From Eledone cirrhosa (Eukaryota), in the NCBI GenBank assembly GCA_964016885.1, contig OZ024747.1, forward strand, positions 62,806,001 to 62,870,000: 64,000 nt of DNA. Reading direction: 5' to 3'. Below, one piece after another: positions 62,246-64,000 of this stretch (within the stretch, counting starts at the first letter, position 1; the number at the start of each line of letters is the position of its first letter). The position numbers and the translations under genes are program-made. Under the pieces are notes generated by a model that was given only the letters and a program-made list of their open reading frames with translations, had not been told where the DNA came from and made no database searches.

Positions 62246-62580
62246 AGGCACATGGCTTAGTGGTTAGAGCATTGGCCTTGCAGTCGAAAGGTTGTGAGTT
62301 CAATTCTCAGACCGGGTGATGTGTTGTTTCCTTGAGCAAGACACTTTATTTCACATTGCTCCAGTTTACTCAGCTGTAGAAGTGAGATGATAGGACTGGG
62401 GTCCCTATCATTCCACTGCAAAGTGGTCGTGGAGGTGCCACGGCAAAAAAGCACCCAGCACTCACTGTAAATGAGGTTGGTGTTAGGAAGGGCATCCAGC
62501 TGTAGAAATCAAGCCAGAATCAGTTCCCGTCCCACCCTTGCAAGCAGGGATAAGTGGACGTAAAAAGGAAATGATGATGA
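62246..62580 (+). mobile_element. tRNA-derived SINE (family B head, family C-type tail)
   Basis: tggcttagtggttagagc A box, gagttcaattc B box, ccttgagcaagacactttatttcac core, (atg)n tail. Confidence 0.88.
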
Positions 62581-62949
62581 AATGATATATATAAACACGT
62601 GTACAGATAGAGAGAGGCAGGCAGACATATCTATTTTGATTGTCAAAAATATTATATTCATATATTTTACGATAATGGACTCTTAATATGAAATAGTATA
62701 TAATTTAGTAAAATGTACAATTTGTTCTAAGAGAAGATAGTAGTAGTTGGAATCAAGAGGTGAGCGAATTACACTTAAATATTGATGTATCATATTAGAT
62801 AGACAGTTCAAAAGTAACGTTGTTAGTTTATGGTGGCTTTCAAAATATACCAGATGTAAAAGAATAAATGATTTGAATGAAAGAAATGAAACCTACACAT
62901 AAAGATTTAATTATTTTCATACCAGCATAATAATAATAATTATTATATC

Positions 62950-63378
62950 TTAACTCTTGTTTCCATATGTTTATTAAAAGACATTCTGTTAAACTTTTTT
63001 TTGAAAATAACCAATAATTTGAAAGGATTTAGTAATATGACTTTCTCATAACAATGTTGGTGTTGGGAACATAAATGTTCTTACATAAAATTATGATGGA
63101 ATGTTTTTAGAAAAATATAAACCCTTTAGAATGAACAGTTTATATTATAGAACTAGTAGAGATTTTGGGTGGCTTCATATTTACATTACTCTATATATAC
63201 TAGTGTATTTTTGTGGTAGAGTCTTTATCTCACATAATATCAAATCTATGAGATTTTGATATTTATTTTGAGAACAATATCTTAACATCAGTATGAGTAG
63301 CATGTTATGGCCAGTTTGAATACCAAGAGGTGACAGAATTCTGGTTGGATACAGCCGGTTTAAATGTTAAAGGGTTAA
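62950..63378. mobile_element. Possible piggyBac-type non-autonomous element
   Basis: TTAA-ctctt start and aaagggTTAA end; the same end occurs at about 21198 and about 60040, and a related start at about 22627. Confidence 0.45.
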
Positions 63379-63622
63379 AGAAGATGCCTTGCATTGGACA
63401 GGAGGAGTTGATGTCAGTAGATGATGTCCAATCTTCGATTGGCTCTTTTGGCCCTGAAGCATAACACTCGCCCATTGGTGTGTCAGCAATAGTGGCCAAA
63501 TCAATACCTATCTTCTCTTTTTGGTTTCCAACTTATCCTCTCTCTCCTTCATAATCAAGTGTGGCTTTTCTACTATCTCCCCTCATTGTGAGCTAGCAGA
63601 TTCCATTAGAAGCAGCAGAGGA

Positions 63623-63741
63623 ATACAGATTTAAGCAAAGAATTTATGCTTTCACCCTTTACGGGATCTTCAGAAACTCAATTTCAGAAGATCCCATAAA
63701 GGGTGAAAGTAGAAATTCTTTCCTTAAACTTTAATCTGTAT
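63623..63741. repeat. Short fold-back with hammerhead-like cores
   Basis: Minus strand reads GAGTTT-CTGAAGA-T-CCC(GTAAA)GGG-T-GAAA-GCAT-AAATTC, mirrored on the plus strand; related fragment at about 58368-58425. Confidence 0.55.
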
Positions 63742-64000
63742 AAATAATATATATTTGCTCTACGGGTTTATATATATTTATATATATGGTCTTTGTATTT
63801 ATTATTACTATATAGATATATATGTATAATCACCATAATCATCATCATCTGTTTGACATCTATTTTCCAGGCTTGCATGGGCTAGATGGGTTGTCATGTA
63901 CTGTTGCTAGATCAGTCTTGTGGACTGAGTGGTTTTTATCGTGGCACCAATACAAACACTTTACAGATTGGACTGGGTGTATTTCATCATGGTGATGAGA

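Overview
Eukaryotic, AT- and microsatellite-rich, repeat-dense DNA. The SINE and simple-repeat landscape suggests a coleoid cephalopod such as Octopus, but this is inference. No host protein-coding gene could be supported. Positions 1-11951 are a head-to-tail array of intact, nearly identical Tx1/L1-group non-LTR retrotransposons on the minus strand: two complete 5.8-kb units plus the 5' end of a third, with the array running off the left edge. Units are joined only by (ATT)5-7, which is also the element's own 3' tail, and the array abuts a SINE 3' end. The rest is a TE graveyard of tRNA-derived SINEs, RTE/CR1/CRE LINE fragments, mariner/maT remnants, MITEs and two small Helitrons. Two further patterns stand out. 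First, many (TA)n-embedded fold-back elements carry hammerhead ribozyme motifs (Penelope-like pLTR signature), one of them an apparently complete GUC hammerhead. Second, a GG-ended MITE with an 8-bp TSD, and a neighbouring palindrome, are built from the 3' end of a sister Tx1 family. Boundaries of degraded repeats are approximate and read by eye.
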